Origin: Laetmonice hystrix
Taxonomy: Eukaryota
Assembly: GCA_965235115.1 (NCBI GenBank)
Contig: OZ249444.1
Span: 18,414,001 to 18,478,000, forward strand
Length of the DNA stretch: 64,000 nucleotides
Reading direction: 5' to 3'
The translations under genes and the position numbers were made by a program. Each line of letters starts with the position of its first letter. The stretch's first letter is position 1. This document shows positions 37,295 through 49,825 of this stretch, piece after piece. The notes under the pieces are model-generated. The model saw only the letters and a list, made by a program, of their open reading frames with translations. It did no database searches and had not been told where the DNA came from.

Positions 37295-40200
37295 ATCAGT
37301 GGGTGATTGAATCTAACGTCAGCGATCAGAAGAATTTCAATACTGCCACTGAACAGCGACAGTTTGGATCGTGTTAAATATACCAGAAATAATTGTGATA
37401 TTATACGTTGCTGACACCCTCCAATATTGTGAACTTGGCATAGACATCATGTCACTTTGTTATTGTGTGGACCCTATACAAAGTCGCTCGTACCCAGTGG
37501 GTTCTTAACCTCTTGGCGTCTCCACTTGGAAAAGGTCACATTTAAAGTTGATTGCCGCGGTATATGATAGGGCTGGTCCGAACGCTTCATTGTATTCCGC
37601 ACCGTACTTCATTCCAAGTCAATCCCGTGAGTTGTATCAAATAGAGAACATCAATAGACTAGGGTAGTACACAATATAATTGAACCCTAGAGAGATGTGC
37701 TGTGTTCAGTCGTATCACACTGACAAATACACGTCAAACGATTGGGAAGACCGTTGGCCATACAATTTATACATGGGGAGTTGTTCTACGGAGATTCGCT
37801 CCTCAACAATCGGTTATACTTGGCCAATTGGTGTGGTTACAAGACACCAAACCTGTTTTGTGTATAATGTCTGAATGTTGTTGTGTATACCGACCTTGGT
37901 TGATGGCTGATGTTTCTCCTTACAGGTCCCAGAGAACGGTTGCTGGCGGATGGTCGGGGATGGACACTCATGTACTTACTCTACTGACCACCAGATGGCT
38001 GTACGGTGGAATCAGACACGGGCGGTCGTACCTGACGGCCATCAAGTTGAAAGTTGATGTTCACTGCCTTTGAAAATATAGACGATCTCCCTTTCTATTT
38101 CTGAAATCACTGACCTAATGCAGATTATCCTTTTATTCTTGTAACTTTTTAAGTGGAGAAGTAATATATTTTATGAATTACTCATTAAAGGAAAATGATA
38201 ATCTCAAGCTAAGTTAATTTTTTTACACTAATTAAGGAGGGTGTTGATAGGTCACGGTTATAATGTAAAGCGTACATGAGAGGAATGCGTACTTTATCAA
38301 GTTTTGCCTACATTCTTGCACACATGCACACATGCATACACCCATACCCATGTATGGATGTATGCATGTATATTATACACACATACATGGTTTCACTTGT
38401 CAGCATTCCGTTTAAAACGTACGACGTGGAACATCAGAGACCTAATAAAGGACATTCAAAAGCGGTATATCTTGTTTAAGATACTGAGATAGTTCCATCC
38501 ACAAAAATAGCAGACTAGGATAGAACACATTATCTTCCCGCCTCAAAAAATGGCCAAGCATTCGAACGTCGCCGGCCGATCCGCCTTTTGGCCCTGAGAA
38601 CGCGCTCGCTTCCAGCTCGAGATGGGATGTTTCTTCTGCCTGGAATATTAGATCAGCCTTCCATTTAAACATTATTGAGAAGCAAATTACCCAGCAAATG
38701 AGTATGTGTTCCTCGGCTCGGATTGAATTGTGGCTAACGAGGCCGAGAAAATGGATGTCACATTATCGAATGGCAGACGACAGTCTGTGCCATTCGGGCG
38801 GAAAATGGCGCGGCCCAAACGCACAATAAACACATTAATGAAGGTTTCATCGTCCGATCATGGCCGCGCCGGGTTCTGGCTAGTTAGGTTGGTACGGAAG
38901 GCGGGTCCCGATAGCCGCTGACTTTACAACTCTACAATTCGCGCTTGAAGATTAGTCAGAGGTTATTCACCGTTTTATATTTGGGCATCTTATAAGGTTA
39001 TAAAAACATTAACATCATTAAGGATTACATTTTTGAATATAAATCGGATCAGAGTACGGTTGAGTTACTTTTTGTCAGAATATTTATGTGTACCTAAGGC
39101 AATATTAATGTATGCCAGTCGCCAAAACCTTGGTTGAGGTTAATGAGATTAAAATTATTGAAAAGAAAATGTTGCATTCATATACGTGGATTCCAAACAA
39201 CTACCCACGTATGCATGTTCTTTGAATTAATACACGTACGTGTGATAACTAATAAGCCACACATAGCTGTATAATCATGATATATTAGGAAGTGGTCGTG
39301 TGTCACAGACGTATGTGTTCCACCGTGTAATTAATGTATATTGTCTGGTATATCCAAGACAATACAATCATGTGGGTGGTTGAATAACTCGAAACAAAGC
39401 TGTCCGGGGTTACCGAGATAATTAAATGTATGATGTGGGTTGCGTGGGCTCCACCAAACACGACGATGTAACACATCCACCGCCAGGGGTCGCTGCTATC
39501 GGCCCATGCCATTTGCACAAAGTATACTGGGCTTTATGAAAATATTGTCAAAGTCAGCTAAGCGAATGGAAGATTGAAGACAGGGCAAAGAGAGTCCTTT
39601 CTTGGTCGCAATAACAGACGTGAAAGCGTTGATAATGGTGGCGACATGACACAACATGGTTGGTTTTGTAGGCTTCCCCCACAACCCATTAGTGTTGCTT
39701 CCACTCACAAACTTACAAAACGCTTCTCCCGACTTGTCTTCTGTTGTAGATGGGCGTCATACGATTGCACGCGCATCAACAGTTGTCATGGCGCGTAGCA
39801 AAGACACGTAATCTTAACTTTTCTCAGTGCATTGTTTGCGCCGAGACTTGAGGCGAGCGCAGCAGGCGATATTCGGTGTACATTGTTGCCCTCAACGACT
39901 TGCCGACCTTCACTTTTAACTCTGGGCGGCTCTGAAGGTGCACTGAAAGTGTTAGGTAAATACCATCGATGTACGACAGAGTGCTAACCTAATGAATACA
40001 AACACATTTGATACACAAACTGCATGTTGTATGCCACGGATTCATATCACGACAGAAGTCACTGCCAGCGCTCCAGCACCGATGCTTTTAGTTTCCTAAA
40101 GGTCTTTTCAATGCGAACTCGATTTAGCTTTTGCTCCAGAAGGGAGCGAATGCCTTTCTGGAACTGATACCACGGCCGTTTACTGTCAATAGTTATACAG

Positions 40201-40571
40201 AGTGCTGCAATACCTCTTAGTCGCAAAACTCGTCGATGTAGTATGATATCTGACAGTCCGCTTTCAATTCCAAACAAATCATGAACATCTCTTAAGCTTG
40301 CTTTCAGAGCGGAGCATAACGTTTCTTCCACTTGTGGGGAGCAGTAAGTAGCGCGGTAAAACTTTTGTGTTGTACAGCAAGAATGTCACAAAGTAGCGTT
40401 TGAAATTTCTATCTCCTTTTGATATCTCGGCCATGCATTGCGATGTTTTTGACAGACTTTAAGAAAGTATTCACTTTCTTCGGAAAGTTTTGGTACATTC
40501 TGATCAAGAAAGGCGTTCGAGATCATATGTATTATTGGACGTCAAATCTTAGTGCACCATGCATGCTATTA

Positions 40572-40727
40572 CAGGGGCGTAGACAAGTGGTAAAATCTGG
40601 GGGGGCTATGGATTGTTGTTAACTTGAAGACTGTGCTAGAAAGCCACCTGGGGCACAAAGGTTATAGGTTATTATAGGCTACCCTTAAAAATCTGGGGGG
40701 CTAGCCCCCCCCTTGTCTACGCCCCTG
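40572..40727. mobile_element. 156-bp MITE with CAGGGGCG termini, TA-flanked (Tc1/mariner-type signature)
   Basis: Perfect 16-bp TIRs caggggcgtagacaag / cttgtctacgcccctg, with TA on both sides (tatta is also directly repeated). Internal aaaatctgggggg occurs twice. Confidence 0.85.
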
Positions 40728-42634
40728 TATTATGATAAATTCATAGAATACGAAGTATTCATAGCCATCTTATCCGGGTAAGAACACCATATCATCTTTT
40801 TTTAGACCGTAGCAATTTATCAAAATTATATTTCAGTTTTATTAATCATTTATGGTTGTTACAGTCGTCAACGCAACGGGTATTTCAAGGACGGTTTTCT
40901 ACGAGCCTTGTTGGCATGTTGCCGGTTTTAGATGACTTACTTCTGCTGGTATAATGACCAACAAACGCAAACAGAGACATCTGAATATGTTTTCTTCGAG
41001 CGTGTAGGATAGCGAACAAACACACTGCGGACAGCAAACATACGATATCCGAGTCTAACATTACCTGAAATGCCGGAAGCAATTGCCATATGGTAAAAGG
41101 CCAAAAGCTAACCTGATTGGATCTGGCCTGGCGATCTAAGGAGCATAGTTCTCATCTAAAGGTGCCTGCTTAACGCGTTCTGGGGGTTCTTTTGCCACAT
41201 ATGATACGTCATTTCAGGCGGGTCACTCGGGAGGTTCATATTACGTGTGGGATTAACTGACCTTTGTGCCGACCGGCCAGGCGCATGGGCAAAGGGTCTC
41301 AGCTCAACGCCCTCGAATCCGGTTTCACTAACTCGTAGATGATTAGAGTTTTTTGTTCGGAAGATTAACGTTTCGTTGCTAATGAATCGGCTGTCTGTAT
41401 CATCAGGTAATATAACATGGGGGGTCCGTTCCCTTTCGTTTCGTAGAATGTCAGAATATAGAACTTTGGAATCAGTGGTTGTGCCCATATTAGTCTCTAT
41501 ATAAAAAAGAAAATAGTTTCATACGATTGATGCATATAAAAAGTGAAAATACTGTCATACACGGCTTTTATCATTATAACAATAAAAATATTCAAGGTGG
41601 TTGGATGTACGATCTTCAATTGAATAAACAAAATACGGTTGAGGATTTTCTAGAAGGTTTACATTAATTTAAAAGATTAGTTTTGAAACATGCCTTGGAT
41701 GCAGGTGGTGTCTGACAGGAATTTGGCATTTAGTATATGGAAGTTACTGTCAAAAGTTGATTATGGCCCAATATCTGTATGTATATAGCTAGAGTAAGCA
41801 TAATATAACTACGTACACCCATGTAGGCGTCCCATTACGTTGCAGGCAGATTTGCATTATTATGGGACTTGTTGTGAATCCAATTGGAACAACTATCACA
41901 TGTGGCATGCGTCCGTCCCATCATATTGTAGGGCGAGCTTCACTGCAGCCTGTATCACCATTTAATAACCGTAGTTTTCATGCCAGGTCCTGTTTTGCGT
42001 GCTCCCCTTGGAAAGTTTTGACAGCAAGATGATCTTCTTTATGTCTTCCCAAAGAGCGCTTCTGCCGAAGGAGGTAAGCTGCGCACAAAGATGCGCATTG
42101 TTACGCTGACAGGTATTGTCGTCTGCGTTGCTCCCGCCTTCAGCAATCTGACAAGCTCGGCAAGTCCTTTCACCGGACTAATTTACAGTAACCAGCCTGG
42201 AATGGCGCCACAATTCATTCAGCAAATGGAGGAAAATGAAGTTCTTGCGATGGGAAAAAGGACGCAGTGGGTTTATTATGGGCGTCAAAGAGTGTCGCCA
42301 ATGACACACCGCAATGCCTTTTTTGTGGCAGCCCATGGATGGACGGTGGCTATTCTGTAATGGTTAATTGGAAAGGCTCGCTGATGGCAGGTCTGCCTGT
42401 CCCACAGCTGATATTACTTTGTCTGACTGTCACGTCAAGTGAACGCCCAATGTGGGGGTCATTGTCACCTGAGGACGCGGACCCTAGCAGACGTCATGGG
42501 GTCCCTTAGTGGGGGCAGCGCCGTCCTCACCTCCTGTCAGCTTCGAGCAGCATGCCCACTCGAGCATGTTGTTCTTCCTCCAGTGGGTAAGATGCCATGA
42601 CATGGTAGGCCGGATCGAATAACATTAAATACCT

Positions 42635-42648
42635 CTACTAGAGGGCAG
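42635..42648 (+). promoter_or_regulatory. CTCF-like motif
   Basis: CTACTAGAGGGCAG (13/14), followed by C. Confidence 0.45.
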
Positions 42649-43450
42649 CTATTGACAGCCGACCCAGTAACCAATGGAAATTCACCTGTTTGCCCATTTT
42701 ATTTGAAAATTATTAGAACCTATTAATGAGAATTTATAGTTTAGCTTTCTTGTTTACATTGGTTCAGTGCTAGGAATATTATTGGCCCGAGATGATGAGA
42801 GAAGATCCTTGTTGAGACGAGTACATTGCGATAATTGAGGGCGTCACTATCCAGTTACTTGTTTAAAACAGTGAGAGTCCTTTTTGAGTTTTTACCAGAG
42901 GCTTTGCTTTGATTATGAGCGATAGTGTGCCCAAGGGGGCTGTTGGCTAGTGCTCAATGAAAAAACTTGTTCCCGTACCGTTTCCCAATAGTTGCCGATA
43001 AGATGTAAAACCACCCAACCGCCACCCCATCACCCATGTAGCATAATATTGTTAAGGTTCATGTTCTTACGGCATTCGGCCAACCTCGGGACTGTTCGGG
43101 ACAGATCCTCTCGGCCCTCGCACGGTCGTCGCCATGTTGGATCTTCTTTTATCACTGACACAACGTGGTCAAAATGGCGACGGCCGACACAGCTACAAAG
43201 GTGAAAGACAAACAGTGTCTGGCTTGTTTAAAAGCAGATCTCCACTTGATACCGCTGACAAGTAGATTAGACGTCAAAGAAAATCTATCCAGGTCTCTAT
43301 AGGTACTTTTTTAGATGTTGACATTCCTATCGGCATTGTTTATCGTCAGACGGAGGTCAACGTTTGTCCCCCGGACGAGCTGTCTCACTTGGGATTCCCT
43401 CGGGATTCCTTTGGGCGTATGACGTCATTTCTTATGTCGACGCAAGCTGG

Positions 43451-43921
43451 TGGCCTGGTCCCCGGTCTAAACACTACGTATACACTACGTATATATAGAG
43501 CCTGGTGATGGCCAATCGAAGCAAGCGTTGTGATTGCCCCATCGAAAACATGGACGCAAACGAGGTATAGTTCCGTACCCTCCGTATTTCTCCAACAAGA
43601 CACAAATATTTTCGTCAATCCCTTTAAAATACAAGTGTTAAATGTCCTCGCTTTTCTGGATGTAAACATAGCGTCAGCAGTCCCCACACCTGCTACGGTC
43701 TGCATACGCAGGGGCATGTTGCTATTGTTGGCCACTCCCGGCCACGCTCCAAGCAGAAGTCAATCACTCTGTTAACGCTGACCAACGGACCGGAGGCGGA
43801 AGTGATCAGCTCCGAGGCGGAAGTGCTTGGAGATCACCACTTCCGTTTTACAGCTTTCTGTTAGCCATCACCGGGCCTAACATCAAGCGGATGCGTATGG
43901 TAGGCACCGGGGACCAGGCTA
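43451..43921. mobile_element. 471-bp non-autonomous DNA transposon (MITE), AcademH-like or MULE-like
   Basis: TIRs tggcctggtccccggt (43451-43466) and accggggaccaggcta (43906-43921) match 15/16. They are flanked by a perfect 10-bp direct repeat cgcaagctgg (43441-43450 and 43922-43931). No transposase ORF. Confidence 0.88.
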
Positions 43922-44853
43922 CGCAAGCTGGTAAAGTCGTATGATTTCATAAATACTGCAAAACTGAATGCGTCGCGGCTGCTAAGAACGATCGAGACTG
44001 CAAATCTTCGGAAATTATCCATCTTTCCCAATGAACAATCCCGCGTTAGGCCGAATACCGACGGTCTATGAACTACTTTGCGCCGTTGCGCACTACGCGA
44101 GTTGTGATGTCCCCAAACCCGTGGAATCTACATCATATCTCTATGGCTTGCGAGGTCCGAGACCACAACTAGCGAAGCGACCGGAAGTTGGGCCGAGGTG
44201 TTCCGAATGGTCCTTACGGGTGTGGCATCATCTACTTCCGGGTTCTTTCTTTCTTTTCTCCGTGCGTTAATCCTGGTTCTCCAGGTCGCCGTTCCCGTTG
44301 GGGTGGGTCGGCTCCGCTGTTTCCCATCTGTGGATGGTGTCGGTTATTGTTTGCAGTTTGGGTGGAGCGGACCGCTTCCAACATTGAGCATCCATGACTG
44401 GGCCGCTTCCGTAAGCATCAGGCCTATTGGTAAGGGTGACGTGGGCGTCAGACCTATAAACAGAGTCTTGCCACGAGCCGTGCGTATGTGTCTGTCTATG
44501 ACGTAATTGTACTATATTTCAATCTAATTAATAATCTACAGTTTCGAACCAAATTCCACTGATGAAGGCTGTTGTTGATTAGTATAGTCCCGGATGAGCA
44601 AAGTTATCCAAGTTCCGAATATATAACGGCATATATTTCAGCATGTATCATGCGAAAGTTATTGAAAAAATTAAAAAGTGTCAACAGACTTATTAAAGAT
44701 TGAATGATGTATTAGTAACGTTATGGAATGCCAATTTTTGATCAAGTTTGATTACATTGTGGGTACGGCAAGCGTTATGAAACAGGTTCTACTGATTAAA
44801 TCTGTTCTCAGGTAATGATTACATTAATGGACAGGCTTTAGTCTCGATTTTGG

Positions 44854-45017
44854 NNNNNNNNNNNNNNNNNNNNNNNNNNNNNNNNNNNNNNNNNNNNNNN
44901 NNNNNNNNNNNNNNNNNNNNNNNNNNNNNNNNNNNNNNNNNNNNNNNNNNNNNNNNNNNNNNNNNNNNNNNNNNNNNNNNNNNNNNNNNNNNNNNNNNNN
45001 NNNNNNNNNNNNNNNNN
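44854..45017. other. Assembly gap
   Basis: 164 consecutive N. Confidence 1.
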
Positions 45018-48000
45018 GGTCCACTACGGCCTTCATTACTTGTTAAGCGTTGGGACAAGCAAAGAGGCTTAATATTTCCCGTTCCTACTAAACGAATCCA
45101 CACATCTACTGGGCCGTCTAGCATTTATTATCATCGGAAATAAATAACTAAAGCTACAAATCAGATGTCACACTTTACCAGATGAAGACGATGCTTTGAA
45201 ATGACCTTGTGTCATGTTAGATACATTTAATTCTTTTTCACGATTTTCCATATTCAAATCGCATTCAGAATGTAGTATATATACCGAAAACTTAGGGAAA
45301 CCAATTACTGTTGCCAGCATCACATCATATTTGATGTGAAGGCGCTAATGCTCAGGCTTTCTTATGTTTCAGAATTACATTCTTATAATGGAATATGGCA
45401 ATATTGTATGTTGATGGATGTTGAACTAATAATTAGAAATTAAGTGATGGGTTATTACCGCCAAAGCACGAGTAGTCACATGAGCCTTTGTTCCTCGAGT
45501 GTGCTTGAATTGATGATGTGTGCATTAAACACGGCACTGAAGCCATACATAGGACTTGAGAGCAGGCATGGAACAAAACATGTATGAGTCGCCATTATCA
45601 GAATACATTTAATACATGTAATTTGAACAAAACAGTAAATTGAAATTCAATTCTCTGGAAACGTTATAGCTTTGAAATTGAAAAGGACTTGTCTATGGGA
45701 CTGTATAGATTGAGATGTAGGAAAGAACGCTTGTGAACGCAATCACCGATATTATTGTTTAAGGACTACACTTGGCATAATTGCTAGCGTTTCAAGTAAA
45801 GAAGAATGTTTGTCTTCATATTAAATGTCTGCATTTAAATAATGATTGTTGCTTGAAGCGTTTAGCAAATGCACCGCTTTCTAAAGAGGGTGGCTATTGA
45901 AATATGCAAAACGTCGTATTTAACAGATTTTAAAAAGTCCCATATCGCTACGTCAGGTAAAATGCGGTTCTTTGATGGTCGGATTGTTGACACTTCGATG
46001 AATGCGCCGTTAGAGTTCTGTCTATCGTGGTTTCTTTTTAAAATTACACTCAATAGGCACATTGAGCCGGTGGCTGTCGTTGTGGTCGACAATACAGCAT
46101 GATTGCATTGAAGGTATCATTGAATGTCTTCTTCGATGCATAACAATACCATAGAGAATTACCGTTTTAGAGTCTTATGAATTGTACATCTCCATTTTAG
46201 CACGGATTGTTGGCCTAACAAAGCGGCAGCATGAAGGATGAACCGGTACTTGGAACCAACATAATTTCACGACAATGATTCCCCTTACAATGATAATGAA
46301 GCTCCATTGAGAGCAGGGAGGCACCTGTTAAGGTCTTTCATCGGCATCTTTCACGTCCCTGGCGGACCTCAATAGGCTATTTACGGTGTGAATACAAAGC
46401 TTACATAACGTTCTTGAACGTTCTCAATGAGATGTTCTTTTTCACAATTGTCGCCTGAATGAGTGTTGATCGGTGCTCTGCGCGCACTAGAAGCCTACCT
46501 CGGCACCGACACCTGCGGCGGAGTTAGCTCTCAGCGCCAATTGAGGCGCCACTTCTTCTCCACACAACTTCTGAACCACATCCAAAGAGACGAGAATCTC
46601 TATGAGAACGCATTGAGATACTCTGACTTGACCTTGGGGGAATGTGAAGGTCATCAGTTAAGTCGATTTTCTCCAGTAATTGACCAAGCAGTCAAGGTGA
46701 AGTGGAGAAATCTGTAGTAGACTGGTAGCACATCACTGAGTTAATGACTGTCATAGAAGTCGTAAGCTGGATACATCACAGATTTCACAAAGTCCGGCCT
46801 CAACTTCCTGCCACGGTCGCAAAATAGAACATTTTTGGTCCTGTCAGGAATAGGCATGCCCTACTACTTCACCCTGGAAAGGAATATGGAGGGTGGTATA
46901 AAGCGATATTGACAACCGGTATCAGAACCGGTATGTGCATGTGCTAACCCCTTTTTAAGGGAGAGAGCATTCCAGAAAACGGTCATAAGAAATCCTGAAA
47001 CTGGAAGATGCGTTTATTATTGAACAAAACGTGCACCTTGATCACAGTCTCCTGCACAATATAGCCCTGAGTTGAAGGTCGGATGAAAGGTGTCGCGATG
47101 CTTGCCTTTCGTGCAGTCCATGTACAACTCTCGTAGCCATGCTAATGATGGAGTAACTAATACTGGCACACACTATAGACCCATTTTCTTTACCAAATCA
47201 GCCCCAAACAAGGCGTTATCATATTAGGTAATTTAGTTTCACCGAGTCCAATGACGGCTCATTGTGTTCTTGTCGGGGGAGAGCTCCACTATTTTGTTGG
47301 TCTCCGAGGGACTGAATGTGACTATCCAACGGGATAATCTGATTTTAAGTCACAATTCCCGGGATAAACAAAGTGGATTAGCAGAGTATGCTGGTGGCAA
47401 ATACAGCCACTACTCAGTAACTTCCTGACTAGCCAGCTTCAAATAGGAATAAGGGGAAGTAATCACCCTAATTAGGCCTCTGCCTCGTAAGTAATTGTAG
47501 GTAACGTCTTCGATTTTATGGTGTTTAGTCCTATTTAAGGCGGTAACGTTTTTTACATATTTAGTAGCTGGGTAGTTAGTGATTATCTTTCGAATACCTT
47601 CGATGTCACTCATCAAAAAATTGCTTACATCCTAATTACTATATGCCCGAACCGCCGCTACAGTAACTGCTGATGTCCATGTCACCCATGTCACTGTGTC
47701 ATGTCCAGGGACGTCACCAAGGGACGTCCACAGAACCTGTGAGCCATCAATTCATCGTCATGACAGAAATCTCCTGTCATTGTCCATTGTCACCCCCCCC
47801 CCCCGATCACATCGCCTCTGTGGACCATGTGGACCATGATAGTGGACCGTGTGGACATGGTCCTTCATGGCCCATTCCTAGACTATAGCGTATGCCCCCC
47901 CCCCCCCCCAAGGGAAGGGCACATGGTACAGGATGCCGCGACCAAAGGTACTATGCAAGCTATCCACATAATATTGAAGGGGGGATAACAATTTTCATAC

Positions 48001-48625
48001 AAGAACAATATGACTTCTGTCATATATGTTGTAAACCAATATTCAAGTCCAGCATAGTTGTAATGTAGTCCACTATGTGACCAGTATATATAGGGTTGTT
48101 TTCCTTTCTATGACACAATCATGGCCTATATGTGCTGTATATCACCTGATGTAAGCCACACTTTCCGTGACAACATGTTTCCATTTACAATTAGCCAGAG
48201 AAGTCGACCTGCCCGTCAGGTATGTAATCAGTGGCACTTCAATTGTTGTGCTGACCTGTCGACCGATTAGTACACCGCCATGCACTGTTCCCACTGACCT
48301 TTAATTACCTTCACTGTCCCCTACACCTGTCCACCACCCGGAGAAAACAAATGATTTCTCTCACCTCTCGCAACCCCGCTCATTCTTCTGCTACACAATT
48401 AGATGTTAATTATGTCTCTTGTTTAAGTAGACAACGTGACCAGCGTGGTCGCCGGCGCAAGATGTACTACACGGGGCATTGATTAAGATATCATATTGAG
48501 TTTGTTATGAGGTCGGCATCCTCCCACGCTCGGGGTTGAACCGCTTCGAACGACCCCCCCCCCCCACACACACACACACACACACACACGACAGCCAGTC
48601 TTTTTTCACTGGAGAAAAGATCGCA

Positions 48626-48639
48626 GCGCCATCTGCTTA
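48626..48639 (-). promoter_or_regulatory. CTCF-like motif
   Basis: Minus strand TAAGCAGATGGCGC (12/14), followed by TG. Confidence 0.4.
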
Positions 48640-49811
48640 CGACCTAATAATTCTTTTTGCGGCCTACTTGCAGTACCGCGAGCACCAATCAGATTACAGC
48701 ACTGCCTGAGGCGTTCCAATCGGAACGACCGAGGCATTTTTTCCGGTTTACTTTGCTATTCGGGAACTAGACTCGTACAGTAAAAGTGTAGAAATTCTAC
48801 GGACATTTAACGGGAATCCGCCGGATGTGTGTTGTGGTCTCTGATCCGGCGTGATGGCGTCTAGACAGCTGTGGGTGAGACCGATCATAGAAAGAATTAG
48901 GACCGGTATGCCGTATAGGAAGGTACAAGGCGTATAAGGATATTTTTTAGTTTATTTTTTAGGTCTTGTTGTTATTATGTCTCGATCATATGCCTAAGGC
49001 TAAAGTATGAAGTATCTGTAAATCGGTGTTTTAACATTTTGCCTAGGACAATGCTAGAGCAGGGCAACCACCCCGTGACATTCTCATATCAGGGCAGTCA
49101 ACCCTCCCGATCAATCCGAACCGGGACATTTACTTCCTGTGAAATGTATCCCCAGAACAATCCTCCCATTGTGCGGCACCGGTGTGCAGAAATCTAGAAT
49201 GAAGTATAGATACAGTCATGTATATCTTGTATACATGCATCAACATAAATGTAATAATAACTATAAACCATCACATGATGCAACTGGAGTCTGTCTTATT
49301 TTGTTTCCTTTTCTGTTGTGATCCAAAAGATAATAGGTCACACCTAGATCTCTAAATGTCATTTTTCTCATAGCCCTGAAAGGAGAAAGAGAAATTGAAT
49401 GAACTACTTCTGCCCATGACTTGGAGGGAGACAAAGTGCGCTGTTTGGGACTCGTTCACTGCCATGATCCTAATGTTTAATCTGATCTACGCAAGGTTCC
49501 GTCTCTGGCAAAGGAAGGCTAAACACGCGACATTCATTTGTCTCGGCTGGTGATCTTGTCACAAACTTATTTTTCTGACAAAGGGACCATCCCCGCGTGC
49601 TTTCTCGTCGGCCCAGATTGACCAGTCATTTCACCGTTTAGGTCGACATTATATTTGTAATAATAGACGTGAGGCGTCACGTGAGAATAGTAAAGGCCTT
49701 CAAAAAGCTACAAGTAGTTTCCGATCGTCACCTCTTTGGCCCAGAATATGACACTGCCACCGTTGCAAACAGGCGGAAACAGTGTTCGCGTGCGCATCAA
49801 CGGAGACAGTG

Positions 49812-49825
49812 CCGCCGCCTGGTGG
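49812..49825 (-). promoter_or_regulatory. CTCF-like motif
   Basis: Minus strand CCACCAGGCGGCGG (13/14). Confidence 0.4.

Noticed and set aside
37495-37516. cagtgggttcttaacct, similar to hAT-Charlie termini
   Set aside because: No matching opposite TIR or 8-bp TSD was found.
40059-40331. 90-aa ORF with a faint resemblance to levivirus/narnavirus RdRp N-termini (RGIAALCITI)
   Set aside because: Only a few loosely similar residues, a non-ATG start and no catalytic motifs. An HMM search would be needed, and I expect it to be negative.
44819-45143. ORFs spanning the N run
   Set aside because: Artefacts of the assembly gap.
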